From the NCBI RefSeq assembly GCF_025526975.1, contig NW_026515682.1, forward strand, positions 310,001-374,000: a stretch of DNA of 64,000 nucleotides, written 5' to 3'. The translations under genes and the position numbers were made by a program. The DNA is from Fimicolochytrium jonesii. Its lineage: Eukaryota. Positions 49,391 to 63,927 of this stretch are shown piece after piece; positions within the stretch are counted from its first letter, which is position 1, and each line of letters begins with the position of its first letter. The notes beneath the pieces were generated by a model, which saw nothing but the letters and a program-made list of their open reading frames with translations, made no database searches and was not told the origin of the DNA.

Positions 49391-51077
49391 GGTTTGCGTC
49401 TTATGAAAGATTTTTTTTCCCACGGGTTCGAGGTTGGCGAGGATAAAGGATGGCGCGGTGAGAGGATGGGTCAAGGAACGCCTTGACGACTTGGAAGAGC
49501 CGTAGTAGAACGCACTTGTCAGTGTATGGCAGCAAAAGAGGGATGCCAATGGGGGGCCAGCTCTTTTCTGTTGGGAGGGGGGTTGTCAGTCGGTGTTGCG
49601 CCTCCGGTATGATGACGGGTATTATGGTTACAGTAGTAGCTGTCCAAAAAAACCAAGAAGCGTTTCCTTCCCCGTCGCAGAACGCCATCGATTTCATCAA
49701 CCCCCACCTTATGACATGCGGGAAGGGCGCAAAAGTCACCGGCCGCCTACGTGGAGACGCTCCTCACACCGCGCTCAGGGTCTTGGCAACCCCCGGGCCG
49801 CTCACTTTTGCCTCCCGCGGGCCCCCATACCCATGCAGTCAGTCGTAAGGAAATTTGCTAGAGCAACAACCTCCGGCGCAACGACATCGCACGTTTTGGG
49901 CGTAGCCCATGCCGTTGGTTGTCAACTTGTCGGAGAGGTGGAGCCGGTGCATGCCAGGCCATATCCATACCATAATACGCATTCAACTGGGCATGTCCAG
50001 ATTCCACGACGGGATGGGATATCGTCGTTCCCCTCTTGAGATCAATCTCGCGTCGCTGGGATAACACCGCGTCTCACTCACTACACATGAGGCTGGAGCC
50101 TTATCTGCGTCCTTTACGACCCTCTGTCAGACTCCACATCACCCCACATTTTGGACTAATAGGCACGATCACAAGCGGACGGCCATGGAAGGACGGCACA
50201 TGTCGTCGGAACCATCATCCAGAAGTTCACTTCCCATTTCATGCGGGTTCAATTAATTCATAATCCAAGGAAAATTCCCAGTCGAATATTTCATGTGGTA
50301 GGCCACGGAAGGGAGAAGAAAGACTCGGAGCTAAAAACTATTTGCCGTTGTAGCCCTTGCTCTGCGCCGGATGCGCCAGAAGGGCCCTGGGCTGTTCGAC
50401 TTACCCGAGCAGTAAGCTCCAACGCCTTTTTCCTTGTCTTCAGAGGCCGTTTTTGCGTGAGGAACCTGTCAATCACAAAACCGTCAACCCAACCTGTCAC
50501 GTGACCGGAGTACGTTTTCGACTCTTCCTCCACCAAAGCGCTACCTTCTTGCGGGCCTGGGCGACCGATCCGAACATGTCTGGTGCAGAAGCCGCCGTCA
50601 AAGAACGCCAAAGGTGAAAACCTGGATGCGGGCAAGGTTATGGTTATGGGATATGGCTGTGTGAGTGAGGGGCACGTTTTGTTGATATGGATTATGGAAG
50701 GAAGTGACATCATCATCCGAGACTGACTGACTGACTGCGCAATGGGATGGATCGCGACGGGGACGTGGTCGCAATGGCCTCCCTCATACCGGGATCCAAC
50801 TCTGAGTGAGAGCGCGAGTGAGAGCGAGTGTGAGAGAGGGCGAGGAAAAGAAGGCGGATGCTCGTTGAAAGAGAAAGGGGGGTCGCATATCGCATATCGC
50901 ACATCGCATATCGCTTTGCACCCCCCCCCTTCCTGTTTGTACACACAACTACCCCCCCCCCCTCATATACATACATACATACATACGCTTGCTTGCGGCA
51001 TTCATTCAGTCTTGCCCTCTCTCCCTCATAAACACCTCTCCCGGACGGCCGCCTCAGCGTGTCATCATTGGACAGTC

Positions 51078-53155
51078 ATGTCGTCCGAACGTGGACGCAG
51101 CAACGCCACCCTGCCCTCAATAACCCTCCGCCACCCAACGCAAACCTCTCTCAACCTGAATAGGAATGGAGAACCTCACCCCCCAGGCTCTGTCACCGGC
51201 TATCAGCCCTCCAGATTGTCTCAGGTAACCGCCAGCAACACCGACTCCGGCGACTACGACGACTCCTACGAAATAGAGAACCCCCACGGGCAAGAAGATG
51301 CCGACAACGACGATGCAAACCCCCTACTCGGCACGCACCTCTCCCGCAAAGGCGACGGATCCCCTGACTCCCGTCCACCTTCCTACGCAACCCTCGTCTC
51401 GCCCATCTCTCTCGACTCCCTCGACGACGACGGTAACAACAACAACAACAACTGTCTGCATGTCTCACCGCGTGAAGGGTCGGAGTATGGCGGGTCGCAG
51501 TGTAGTTCCCGACGTTCGACGAGTGGGAAGAGTAAAGCGAGGAAAGGCATTTGGAAATGGGTGCCGAGGTGGAAGGTGCCGCCGAAGGATACCGTGGTCG
51601 TTTTGACAGCGTTGTTTGCGACAGAGGCGAGCAGGGGGTTGGTTATTCCTACCATGTGAGTACTTGCGACGGTACTTGCGACGGGAGGGAGCCCATGGCG
51701 AGTTCCATTGACACATCACTCACTCACTCACCACCTTCCCACCACTCATCCCCTCCCAGGATATCATACGTGCAACTCCTCGGAGGAACAGTAGCGACCC
51801 TCGGCGCCCTCATCTCCCTTTTCTCCATCGGTCGTCTCATCTGCTCCGTCCCCTTTGGCGCCTGGGCCGACAAACGCCAATCCTCCCGCGAAGTCCTCAT
51901 CTTTGCCTCCATCCTCGCCGCCGCTTCCAACCTCCTCTACGCGTTCGCCTGGGCCCTGCCAAACCCCATGTGGTGGCTCTACGCCTCCCGCCTTGCCTGC
52001 GGGTTCTCAACCGGAACCATCGCCGTCTTCAGAGCCTACCTCGCCAGCTCCGTACCCCCCAGCGAACGAACAAAAGTCATCGCATGGTCAGGCATGGCGC
52101 AGTACGCGGGCTTCTCCCTCACACCCATCATCGCAACCTTCGTCATGCTCGCCAAAGACGCCTGGTTCTCCACCCACCCCTCTTCAACCTCCGAAGAAGT
52201 CCCTGACCCAGACCCAACAACAACAGGCCCAACAATCCTCGACTGCGTCCTCCCCAACGCCTTCCTCATCTTCCTCAACCTCCTCCTCATCCCCCTCCTC
52301 CTCCTCTGCATGCCCGCAAAAGACCCCGTCGCACACACCCCGCCGCCACGCACACCCACGCCCCTCCCCAACCCCGTCACCAGCCAATCCACCCTCGCCG
52401 CAGAAGCCCAACTAGTCAAATCCGGCTTCATCCTCTTCTTCCTCCTCAACTTTGTCCTCCGCGGCGTGATCGGCGTCACCGAAACCCTCGCCCCGGACAT
52501 GTACCAGCACCACAAACACACCGACCCGCAGGCCGCCGAACACTCGGGCCAGTTCTTCTTTGCCCTCGGCATGGTCGGCATGGCCGTCTTCCTCACCGTC
52601 GACCCGCTCCAAAAACGCCTCCTCGCAGGCCACAACCTCCTCATCCTCGGCACAACGACCGTCATCCTCGGCACCCTGTTAAACATCGACCCCGAACCCG
52701 CCCGCACGCCGGCCACATGGTCCCTGTTCGTCGCGGGCATGACCCTCATCTGGTCCGTCGGGTCCCCCATCTGCCAGACCCTCACGGTCTCGATGTTCTC
52801 CAAGATGCTCGGCACGCGCCCGCAGGGCTCGTTGATCGGGTGGATCACGACCGCCGGCAGTCTGGGCCGCATCGTGTTCCCCGCGCTGGTGGGCACCGGC
52901 GACCGCGCCGCGGTGTGGGTCAACTGGCTGGACGTTGCGCTGTGTTGCGGGTGCGTGGTGGGCGTGGTTGTCTTTGAGAGAATGGTCAAGCGCGTACGCA
53001 CGTGTGTCGGCGAGGGCGTGGCCGATTGGGAGGCGGATGACGACCGGAGTGAGAGTGGGAGCGAGGCCAGCGAGACGGACCGCCTGCTGTTGCCAAACGA
53101 GAGGGACACGGACCCGCTTGTGGATATGGATGGGGAGACGGACACGGAGAATTAG
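51078..53155 (+). CDS. MFS transporter (MFSD8-like)
   Basis: About 12 hydrophobic helices; FGAWADKR, SRLACGFSTG, RAYLA, MFSKMLG.RPQG and GSLGRIVFP; intron at about 51656-51760. Confidence 0.85.
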
Positions 53156-53476
53156 CTTGGTCGAAGGGGACGAGAACTCACTACACTATACCCAAAACAT
53201 CCCCCGTGCTGTTGTTATGGGTTGCCCGACCCCTCCATTTTTTTTTTAAACCTGTAAATAAACGAATCCAAAATGGGGGCATTTTTCGTATCCCCGTCCA
53301 CTGCAGACTTTTTTTCTCTCCTGTCTTTTGCTCCATTTTCGGTTTTTCTTTGATTTCAGAAACACAGGTACACGTTGCTTGCTTGTCCACAAGCACACAA
53401 TCCCTACATACTGTACATTACATGCAGTACTGTACATGGGGACTGCATACGCTTCCACTGCAAACCCCGCGGGGGT

Positions 53477-53478
<2 letters not shown>

Positions 53479-53516
<38 letters not shown>
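53479..53516 (+). repeat. (CA)n microsatellite
   Basis: About 19 CA units between convergent genes. Confidence 0.95.
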
Positions 53517-53522
<6 letters not shown>

Positions 53523-53542
53523 CGCTCGCACATATGTCACAT

Positions 53543-56500
53543 CTAAACCCGTTCATAGACATAGATATACGCCTCCCCCACGGCCTTTTGCACGTCCCGC
53601 TCAGGCACGCTCACGACGTGGTTATCGTTGAACAGCGCCCACTCCTCCCCCTCCGGGGTCCGCCGGCGAATGTGCGCGACGTAGTGTCCGCAGTGGGTCG
53701 ATGTGCCGCGGTGCGAGATGAAGGCGGTGAGGCGGTAGCGTGCGGGGCGGGTGTCGGGTGCGGTTGTGGTTGTGTCGGTGGTGGCGGTGGTAGTGGCGTC
53801 GTCGTCGATGTCCATCGAGTCGGCGTGCGAGAAGAGGTAGTCGACTGCTCGTTCGAGGTTTCCGCTCTGTATCCCCCCCCAAAAAAACACAATTTCAAAA
53901 TCCCAAATCATTTCCCATTCGCGAAAAAAGCGTAACGCGCGGAAACATGGACACCCCCGGCAATGTGAGAAAGACTTACGGTCTCCTTCAACGCGCGCTT
54001 GGCCTGCGCGGCCGAGAACCCCATATCCACCAACTGGCGGATATCTGCTTCCGATGGGCCGGACGCCGACGGGGCCGTGATGGGGTCGTCGATGTCTATC
54101 ACCCGAGGGGTTAAGTTCCGTCAATCCGTTTCCCTGTTTCAATTCCTCCACCGCAACAAACAAACCCGGCGCCGAAAAGAGAGTCAAGACCCTACCAGCA
54201 TCCTCCATATGCTCAAACAACCATCCCATAGCAACCTCCGCGCCCGCGTTTCCCGTCTTCACCAACGCCTTGATGCATCTCACTTCCGGGAACCCCATCG
54301 CGACCAGCTGGGCGAGGGCTTCTGGGTCGACTTGCGGGGCTGCGGGGGTTGGTGCTAAGGTGAGGTGTGGGAGGGGTGTGAGTTTTTTGGGGGAATACAG
54401 AATGGGGGTGGGGAGTTATGTAAAAACCTTGGGTATCCTCTGGCAATTCCACCTCATCACTCTGCAGCCCATGTCCACGCAACCGTTCCAGATCCAACCC
54501 CAAGGGTGCGTTGATGGGTACGTCTGCGCAAAAGAACATCATGTAAGCATTCCCCTCCTTTACGGAACGATGATGCGGATGGCGAGCAGTACATACTGAG
54601 TTTCTCCATGACCCACCCCTTGCCAAGCACAAACCGGCTCATGGTGCAGACCAGCACGTCCGGGAAGGTGCTGAACCGTGTTGTGCTGCGTCAAAACCAA
54701 GAAAAAATTCCTAAACTTCCATGCCCCCCAAATCGCATCCATCCCCAATCGCAAAACGCATAATACTTACAACGTAGCCGAAACATCCGCCTTATCATGC
54801 GGACACTTATACTCCCTCACATCATCTCCAAAGAAAGTCGCAAGGCAGGCTTCAAACTCCACTCCCTTCTCTCCTCCTTCTCCCTCCTTCTCCCCACCCG
54901 CCCCGTGGTCCCCGGTAGGAACCCTCAAAGTCAGCGACGAGCTCTTCTCGGTTTTATACCGCACCTGGTGGCACTCGAGGCACTGGAGCCGCTGTTCGAT
55001 TCCGAATTGGAAGATTTTGGACGGGTCGGCGCCGGGGAGGGTGCGGTGTTTTTGTTCGGTCAGCGTTAGGAGGTGTTGGAAGAATTCTTGGGCGTCCTGG
55101 GGAATGTCAGGGGGCGTCAGATACATGGTGGGTTTATGGTCCCCCCCAATCCCCTACCGGAAGCCCGCCATCAGAGCTCCCCTCCCCTGTTCTGTGTTTT
55201 CAAACGCACCTGCTGCCGCATGGTAGAGAATTCCACATGCCCCTTCCCGACCAAATTCTTAAACATCCCCGGCGCAATCCCATTCTGCGCCTTCTTTTCC
55301 CCCTCCGCATCCACCGTCTCCTGTTGCGGTCGCGAGTACCGCCCGCTCAGGAGACCGTCGGCCAGTTTCGCCATCTGGCAGTGGAAGCAGTGCGCTGGGC
55401 GGTCGGTGCAGGTGAGGACGTGGGATTGCATTTCGGTTGTGTAGCTGCGTGGGGGACGGGGTGACATCAGGGAAAGGGTTGCCTGTGCAAATGGCGATGG
55501 GGGGACTCAAACTCACCGATCTTCGAACGGCTTCAACGCAAACACTGTCTGCATAACCGAGGCCATGTAACAACTGCAATCACAAAACCTTCGCGTCAGC
55601 AAAACCCAAAAGCCTCAGAACGTAAACCCCATCCATCACGCACCTATTCCCCAAATTCTTCAACCCAGTAAACCCCGGTCCAAACAGCGGATCCAGCGAC
55701 TTCCCGTCCTGGGTGGTCATACTGAAATCAAACTTCATATTTTGTTCCAGTTGCTGTGTAAGCATCATAACACGTATGGGGTGATTAATCAGTTTGAGCG
55801 GGCCATGAATGCGAGCTGGAATATAGGTTAAAGGCTTACCAATTCACCCAAACTCTTCTCCGTCTTCTGCTGTTCCGCAACATTGATCCCCCAAGTGGCC
55901 AGATGCGCGGCGAGTTTTGCGTCAAGACGGTCTTCCCCGCACTCATAACAAAACACATCTACAAAATACCCCAAAAATCAATTCCCCCACTTCCCCCGCA
56001 AAGGCCCCCCAGGCTCCCCATTTTCCCACACTCACCAGCACCCCCCTCCGGCGTAATCGTCCCCAGTTTAACCGCCACAGGATGTCTCGTAGCATCATGA
56101 TGCGCCAACCCATGCGAGTTCCCACCCAACCCGCCGACCTGCTGCCGGCCGCAGCCGAGGTTGCCGCAGGTGAGGCAGAGCCAGAGGTTTGTGGGAAGCG
56201 GGCAGGAGGTGCAGTGGGCCAGGTCTACCATAAAACCATACACTGCCGGTTAGCTATCGCGGGGATGATTGAAAGGGAGGGGGGATATACGCACTGCTAG
56301 CCTCCAACTTCCGTCCCGCATCCTGCACAAGCCCCTCCGTATGCCGACACGCCACGATCTCCTCCTGCCACGCCTTGACTTCCGACTGGCGTTTGGCGGA
56401 CATGGCTGTCACCACCGAGTCGATCACCGCCGGCAACTACGGATTCAGAATCAATGAGCGTGCATGAGAGACCGTGAGGAGGTGGGGTGATGGGAAAACA

Positions 56501-57027
56501 TTACCTTCCCGACACTCCGCTCAATCTCCACCCCCCCGCACTTAAGACACTTCGGCACCGTCAAAACTTCAAACATGTCATCTTCATTCTCTTCCACGAT
56601 CTCGAGCTTGGTCATCTTCTTCGGTCGTTCGTCGCCCAAATCCTGCTTTCAGCATCAGTACCATCATATACACTCCCATATCTCGATGCAACGATGCGTT
56701 ATTCATGTGAATAATGCGGGCTTTCCTACCTTCGTCTTCGGCACCCGTCGAACATTAAGCACAACCGCATGTCCCGTCTTCTCGAAATGCAGTTTCGCAT
56801 GGTTCCGCTCGCCCGCGCATCCGCCATTGAAACACGTCAGGCACACGTCCACGCCTGCTTCCATGTCCTATCAGAATATGGGGGGTGAGGGGAAGGGTGG
56901 CGGGGAAGGGGGGATCGGGGGGATCTTTCACCTGGGTGTCGAAACAGAGGGTGCATTCTTCTTTGAAGACTTCGGAGGAGGGGGTTGCGAGGGTGGTGGA
57001 TGTGATGTGGGGACAGAGGGCGGACAT
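53543..57027 (-). CDS. UBP14: Isopeptidase T / USP5-like deubiquitinase, many exons
   Basis: VFKEECTLCFDT; NLWLCLTCGNLGCGR...GGNSHG..H; VKLGTITPEG; GFTGLKNLGN|SCYMAS; QQ|DAQEF; two UBA domains (MGFP, MGFS); HRGTSTHCGHYVAH; FND. Confidence 0.93.
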
Positions 57028-57448
57028 CTTGTCGACTGGTGTGTGTTGGTGTGGTGTTTGTTTGGACGTCTCAGTGGGGAGTGATGGGGGATGTCGGGCA
57101 GAAACTTGGGGAGATGACATTTGCGCCTTTCCATTAGACGCGACGTTGTCGGGCCACTGGGGTGGCATCCTCCAACAGACCCCCCGACGCAACCACTCAC
57201 ATCAACAGCAACCAGAGATAGAAGCTTTTGATAAAATATAGAAAAAGGAATGAGAAATTGGTATTGTGTACTTGATATGAAGGATGTGCCCGCAGGTGTA
57301 TGGGGGGATGTGGGCAAGGTGCAGATGTGTAGGATAGTCTTTCGTCGTCGTCTAATGGGTTGGGGATATGATAGCGCGGGGGTCGTGGGGGTGGGGCCGT
57401 AATGCTTTGGCAGGAGGGGCCATACCCCTCTCTCTAAATGGCCGAAAT

Positions 57449-59971
57449 CTACTTCTTCGCCGCCCTCTTAACCAACGGCACAAGCGCACTCGGCGGCGCC
57501 GCCATCCTCAAAAACGGATGATGTAACAACTCCTCCGCCTCCGCCCGTTTCGCCACATCCACCTCCAAACACCTCCCCAGGAAATTCTTAAACAGCGGGC
57601 TCAGCTTCTCGGGTGTCTTCAACGTGGGCGTCCCGTTGGTCGCAATCAGATACAACGCTTTCAGAGGCTCCTCCTCGAGGTAGGGCGGCTCGCCCTCGAT
57701 CATCTCAATGGCCATGATACCCAGGGACCAGACGTCGACTTTTGCGCCATACTCTTTCTGCTTGACGACTTCGGGCGCCATCCAATACGGGGTTCCGACC
57801 ATCGTTGCGCGTTTGCCGCGGTCGGCGGTCAATTTTGCGCAAAAGCCGAAATCGGTGATCTTGACGTGCCCATCGGCGTCCAGCAATACATTATCCGATT
57901 TGATATCGCGGTGGATGATATTACGACGGTGCAGGTGATGTAAGCCTTTGATCGTTTCGCAGCAGATAGCAGCGATCTGGGCCTCGTTGAGGGTGTTGGT
58001 GTCGATAATATCCGTCAGTGGCCCGCCTTCCATGAACTCCATGATGACCCACAGCTCGGCTTTGACGAGGAAGGAGTTGAGGTAGTTGACGATGTTGGGG
58101 TGTTGCGATTCTTTCATGACGAGGATTTCGTTAACGATCAGTTCTTTGCGGGGTTGGTTCGCTAGGTCCATTTGTTTGATGGCTACCGTGGCGTTGTTGA
58201 CGTTATGCCGTGCTAGGTAGACTGATCCCGAGGCACTGGAAAACAAAGAACATGTTCAATCATGTCAGAAAATCACATCATCACCATACAAACTTCTGAA
58301 AACTGCTCTCTGGGGATTCCCCCCAAATACATACCCCTGCCCAACCTTCTTCAACTTCGTATACATCGTAACCGGATCCCCCTTCGACACCACACTCCTC
58401 AACTTCTCCATAATCTGCGCCTCAGACATGGCCGACATCCGCGTGCTCTTCTTCCGCCCAGACGACGGTGGGGCCGCAGCAGCCGCTTGTTGCTGCTGCT
58501 GCTGAATCGCAATCGCATTGTCCTTTGCGGGCGCTGCGGGCCGCGGCTGCACGTCCTGCGGACGTGGGGGTTGTGGCGGTGGTGGGCGCGCGACGGGTGG
58601 GGGGATGGCGTACCCGCCGGGGCCGACTTGCGGTGGTGGAGGTTGCCGTTGGTATTGCTGCTGCTGTTGTTGTTGCTGTTGGCGGTCGTAAATGTGGTCG
58701 TTGTTGGGGTCGAGTCGGGACGGCGGTGGTGGGGGTACGACTCGTTGCTGCTTTGGGGATTGAAAAGACGGTGTTGGTTAGCCAACACTCGAAGAAGAAC
58801 AAAACAATTCTCGGCAAACTCCCAAACATACCACAGGTAGAGGCGCCGGCGCTTGATTCCCATACGGCTGTCCCGGCGGTGGCCCCGGCACGCTGAACCC
58901 ATCCGCCCTCGAATAATTCGAGTCCATCCTCGACGGCAATGGCGCGCCATCATCCTCCCTCCTCCCACCACCCGGCGGGAGTCTCATCCCACCGCCACCA
59001 CCTGCTCCCCCTCCCCCACCACCACCACCGCGCTCAACCCGTCCTCTCCCCATATTCTCGGTGTAGAATTCGAGCACGTCAAGGACGGCTTGTGGGTTTT
59101 TGGACATTTCTTCTTTGGAGATGTTGGAGGATTCGAGGAGCGAGTTCCATTCGCGGGGGAGGCCGGTGAAGAGGCCGCTGTCCGAGTCGAAGCCGACGTG
59201 GACTTTGTGGACAAAATTGGTTGGATTCGAGATGCTTATTTGTGGTGAGCGCTGTGGGGAATTAGGAAGAGAAAATCAATGATCTTCTCACTTTTGTGAT
59301 TCAACATGGCGATATTTTCACACACCTGATAGATCTCATCCATCCACGAATACAGCTCCTCATCACTCTTGCACGACACATAGTACGTCTTTTCCTTTGT
59401 GATGATCTCGAACGAGTACGGTTTCAGTTCGGTCCGGTTCACTGCTTCCACTTCCTTCAAGAATATCAACGATATCGCTTGGTATGTGTTCTGGGGATTC
59501 AGAAAGGGAGAAAATTGATCAGCTTCTGTTGAGTTTGTTTATCCAATGAGTGAGTTGGTTGTTGCTTGATTTATGAAATATCATCCTGCTCGCTCACGCT
59601 CGCGACAAGGATGTTGAGCGCGGTTTACCAATCAAAACAAAACGATTGTTCGCTGTCGCTCACAGGCATTAAGCCTGCGGCGCGGAACTTGCGCTTCGCG
59701 CTCGCTCGCGAAGGCGTTCGCCCTGGTCGACCTCGCTACGCTCGGTCTCCCAGTGCGGACCAAACCCTGCACCTCGCTTGGCTAGCCGCAGTCCGCATTC
59801 CTCCCTCCCCTTATCCTGTTATCCTCCCCTCCTCAATTCGAGTCATACCTCATTACGATGAAAAGTGAGCGTCTGTTCCCTGAGGAGCAACCACCTCTTT
59901 GACCAAAGGAATGACTTGAACCCGTCTTCCCTCACTGAGCAGTAGCCTCTTTTGACTACATATGATGACAT
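57449..59971 (-). CDS. CLA4: PH-CRIB-kinase p21-activated kinase (Cla4-type), multi-exon
   Basis: PH exon [10 protein letters not shown]...[30 protein letters not shown]; kinase [40 protein letters not shown] and [12 protein letters not shown]. Confidence 0.92.
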
Positions 59972-62274
59972 GGTTGTCGTGAGAGATTAAATGGGTGGGA
60001 CGGCGGTTGTGATGATGGTGCCTCTATCGTGGTCAGGTTTGGATGACGGGCTGGATGAGGCGGATTTGGCGGTAGGGAAGTTTCGCGGCGGCGAGCAGTG
60101 TCGAACTGAGAATAGGATGTCGGGATTCTGTTCCGTTATACTCCTCAGCTCCCGTTGAGCAAGATATATTTGAGTGGACTATTGGTGATTGGGTGCGAGA
60201 GTTTTTGGGCCGCTGTGATTCCACCTCAGATGCAGATATCCAACTAGCGACTGCTACAGGTGTGTCTGACTCCGGGTGTATCGCGCGAGTAGGCCTACTA
60301 TGCGTCTCGCCCTACTGTCCCCCTAATGCGTGGGAGTGTAATATACAGTTGGAGGTGGCGATTGTGGGTGTGGGGAATAATCAGGTCTCGCTTTGCGATG
60401 GTACTGTATTGGGTGGCGGAGAGCAGCCGCCTGTTGTGCTCCCGCCCAGCGTTCATTCATTATTGTTATTACAGCGGCCGAGGTCCTTTCGCGAAGGAGG
60501 GTGGTGCATCCTCACGCCATCTCCCTCGCATCATGCTTGCGCCCCCTCACCATACTGCTCTCCTACCCGCGCACTTTCTCCTAGCGGGGCGCAATTCATT
60601 CTCGCCTAAAGGAAGAAAACAGGTGCGCTGGTAACTTCAGGTCACGTGCGCTTCATACGTCTCATGGGTCTCATTATAATTCGACTGACAGTGAGAGGGC
60701 CTGAGAGGCGAAGATGTTGCGAATAGTTATGATACACACCCATCGGAATTACATGCCTGCTACATCATCATGCATCTAATCGTTCTGTAAACCCGTTACC
60801 TAGTATATCCAGCTAATAGTGTTGTGAAACCTTTATCTATCCTCACCAATACAATCTAATGAAAACTCCCCCGCCCATCCTCCAACCACCTTGGACTCAG
60901 GCCGGGAGCAGGGTCTGACTCTCCCCACCAGCTTTCTACCCGGATGCAATTGCGGATTTCAAGGGCGTTGCCCAAATCTTGCCGCCCAAACTACCGTAGC
61001 CTCCCCCATCAGAACATCGGTGTATTGAATACATGCCCCGCCGCCCTTCCTTTCCCTTTTCCTCTCGCTCCACAGCCTACGTACGCATTCCGAAGGAACC
61101 AGATCTCCTTGCAGAAGCATCCCTCGAAACGCCCTCAAACGAACCTCGCAGGGGCTCTCTTCTTCATGACCGCCTTCTTTGCATCGCTGTCAGTGCTTGT
61201 TGCTTGAGGCACGGGATGCCGTCGGCGGTTGGCTTGGACATCCCTCCCATTCCGTCTTCATCCCCCGGAACGCACTCCGAGAGGACTCTCAATTGCTTTC
61301 TTCTTCATGGCCTCGCCTTCTCTTCTCTTCTCCTCTCCGCTCCTCATTCCCTTGTCCCCTACCGACATTGTCTTTCACCGATCCTTCAGTATGACCACGA
61401 AAAGGTGATGCCGTTGGTGGTGGGCTTAGAAAATGGCGATGCTGCTCTTGCCTTGCTTGTCGTTGTCTTCATCCTCATCGTGGCCCTCGTCCGCCCCAAA
61501 CAATGCCCGAGCCCCCATCCACCAACCCTGTCGGGCGCTTCCCCACGGGCGCCTCGCGCAAATTCCAGCGCCCGCGACAGTCTCCACCCGCTTCTCAATG
61601 TGCTGCCCACGCCGGGAGCGGGTGTCAGTCAAAGATGGGTGGCCGTTTCTGTCTTTGGTTTCGTTGGAGTGGGACCTCCTCAGCACTCGCCGAAATGACC
61701 CACTCGTTCTTCCTTGCATGATAGGCAGCGCGGGCGAACACCTGCGAACACGCAACCATGAATAGTCCTCACCAAGGTGCGGGTGTTGGTGTGGGTGTGG
61801 GCGCGGGAAGATTCCCAGAAACAATTTCGCCGCGATCAAGATGTCCCACGAACCCTAAAAGAAGAGCGACGAGAGCGACGAGGCCATACAGATCTGCGGG
61901 TGTTGAGCGAAAGAAGATGAAAGGCTGCTTCCCTCCGTATGTTCAGTCGGCACGAAAACCTGAAGACCTACAGCACCACAGCAAACAGTGGACTCATCGA
62001 ACCGCGCCAAAAACCGAATGATTCGCTGATATCCAGACCCGCGACCCCATTTTCAAGGGCGTCATCTGTGTTCATCTGCCGGCCTGCCCCCTGAGAATTC
62101 GGAACGCATACACGGTTTCGCACTACTACGTAGTTGCAACTACAGTACTTGGGTTTAAAGCTGGTAACACACCAACGCGCATGTTAGCAGATGACAAGTC
62201 AACTCCAAGATTCCCCACCCACCACACAAACCCACCCACCAGGACGCAAAATCCCCTCATTCTCTTTCTGAAAA

Positions 62275-63806
62275 ATGGCAACAGCAACCGCCCCTCCATC
62301 CACCGCCCCACCCGGCACACCCCTCCGCCCCGCCCGCGCAACCCCCCCATCCTCCGCCGGCACTCGAACAAGCACTTCCGCACGCCCAAGCAGCTCCCGA
62401 GCCAAATCCGCCGGCAAGAACAAGGAGGTTATTCGGAAGACTGAGGAAGCGGAGGAGGGTGGTCGGAAGGGGGTTTGGGAGGTTATTCAGGTGTGTGATA
62501 CATGGGGGAGGAGGGTGTGGGATGTTTTGTTTGGGGGAGTCATGGAAGAGGGATGAGAAATTGATAGGTTGCTTTTCCGGTAGGACCGGATTGGTGCACC
62601 TCTTACATGGACGTTTCTCACAGCGGCGGACATTACGGCGCTGAACGGGTTTACAGGTCCGGAGGATGTTGTGAGGTTTGTGTCTGCGCTGCAAATTTAC
62701 CACTCGGAGGGTTGTATTGTACTGATGGACGTTGTATGGGATGTTTTAGCAAATTCGCACAACTGTTGGGACTAGATGGCGTGCATCGCAAGGATCTGTT
62801 TGCGGGGATAAGCGTTATGTTTCATGTTGGGAATTACATGTAAGCTTCAGCTTGTCAACTGCTGCAGCTGGCTGGTCAAACTCCCAGTGTCCATTAATGG
62901 ATATCTGATGTTCTCTGTATAGGTATGCAAAGGATAAGGGTTTCACGGACGCAGAAACAGCGGCATTTTGTGCGATATTGAAGACTTGTTTGGAGAATGG
63001 CAGTGAGTACAGACACTCTCCATTCCTTCCTCCCCTGATGCTTCACAGCCCGTACTCACTGCTATCGTATCCACCAGAGCACCTCACCACCCTCGACAAA
63101 GCCCTCACGCACACCCAAGAGCTGCTCATCGCCCACACCGGCTCGGCTTCTCAATCACAGATTCAGTCGACACCAGAAGCACCGACAGGCGAGAAAGCCC
63201 AATGGGAGGTGTTCCGCCCAGAGGTGGTCGACATCATCACCGACTACATTGTCCTCACGTACGTACGGGTTTTATCATAAGCACAATCACATCCATATAT
63301 CAAAATCACAAAAGGCTAAAACTGCTCCAATCAATAGATTTTTGCAGCATTTCCGATTATACCACTACACCCTAACCCACCCTCAACCCCCGCACACAAC
63401 CACCCACACCCTCCACCTCAATGAACCCCCAACCCTCACCCCGCCCACACGCACCGGCAGCGGCTCAAAATCCAGCCGGCCCTCCACCCGTTCCCGCAAA
63501 TCCACCGCCAAACCCCTCGCCACCTGGCCACCCCCCCTCTCCAGCCACCTACCCCTCGCCATCCACGAAGCGCAAAAGGCGGAGCAGGCGCAACGCGAGC
63601 GCGAGCGGATAGCTGCTGAAGCCGCGTTGAGGGAGGAGGAGAGGAAAGCGAGGGAGAACCCGTTTGGGGTACTTGATAATGAGAGTGTTAAGAATGTGGC
63701 GGTGGAGGTTGTGGCGGAGATGCTTGCGGCGGTGGGGAGGGAGGTGGAGGCGAGGTTGGAGGAGGGACGGGGGAGGTTTTTGGAGAGAGTTGGAGGGGTC
63801 AAGTAG
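62275..63806 (+). CDS. Flagellar central-pair C1a-32 / CFAP119 (CCDC189)-like protein, multi-exon
   Basis: YAKDKGFTDAETAAFCAIL and FRPEVVDIITDYIVLT|FLQHFRLYHYTL motifs plus a C-terminal coiled coil. Exon boundaries are approximate. Confidence 0.65.
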
Positions 63807-63927
63807 GGATATGTTGAAGGGCTGTTCTGGGGATGTATCGGTGTGTTTTGCGAGATGTGCACCCTTTCAAGATGTAACCATATGTGCACAGCAGGGGAAT
63901 TAGCTGAAAACATAGCTGACTACGCAA

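Noticed and set aside
52036..53145. Long antisense ORFs over MFS (also over USP, LETM1, ANTH and the 43.6-kb gene)
   Set aside because: Expected shadows of GC-rich coding sequence.
60944..62021. 221-aa ORF 61033-61698 and neighbours
   Set aside because: No family motifs and no coherent splice model; the hydrophobic stretch may just be the antisense of an acidic tract. A small or decayed gene cannot be excluded.
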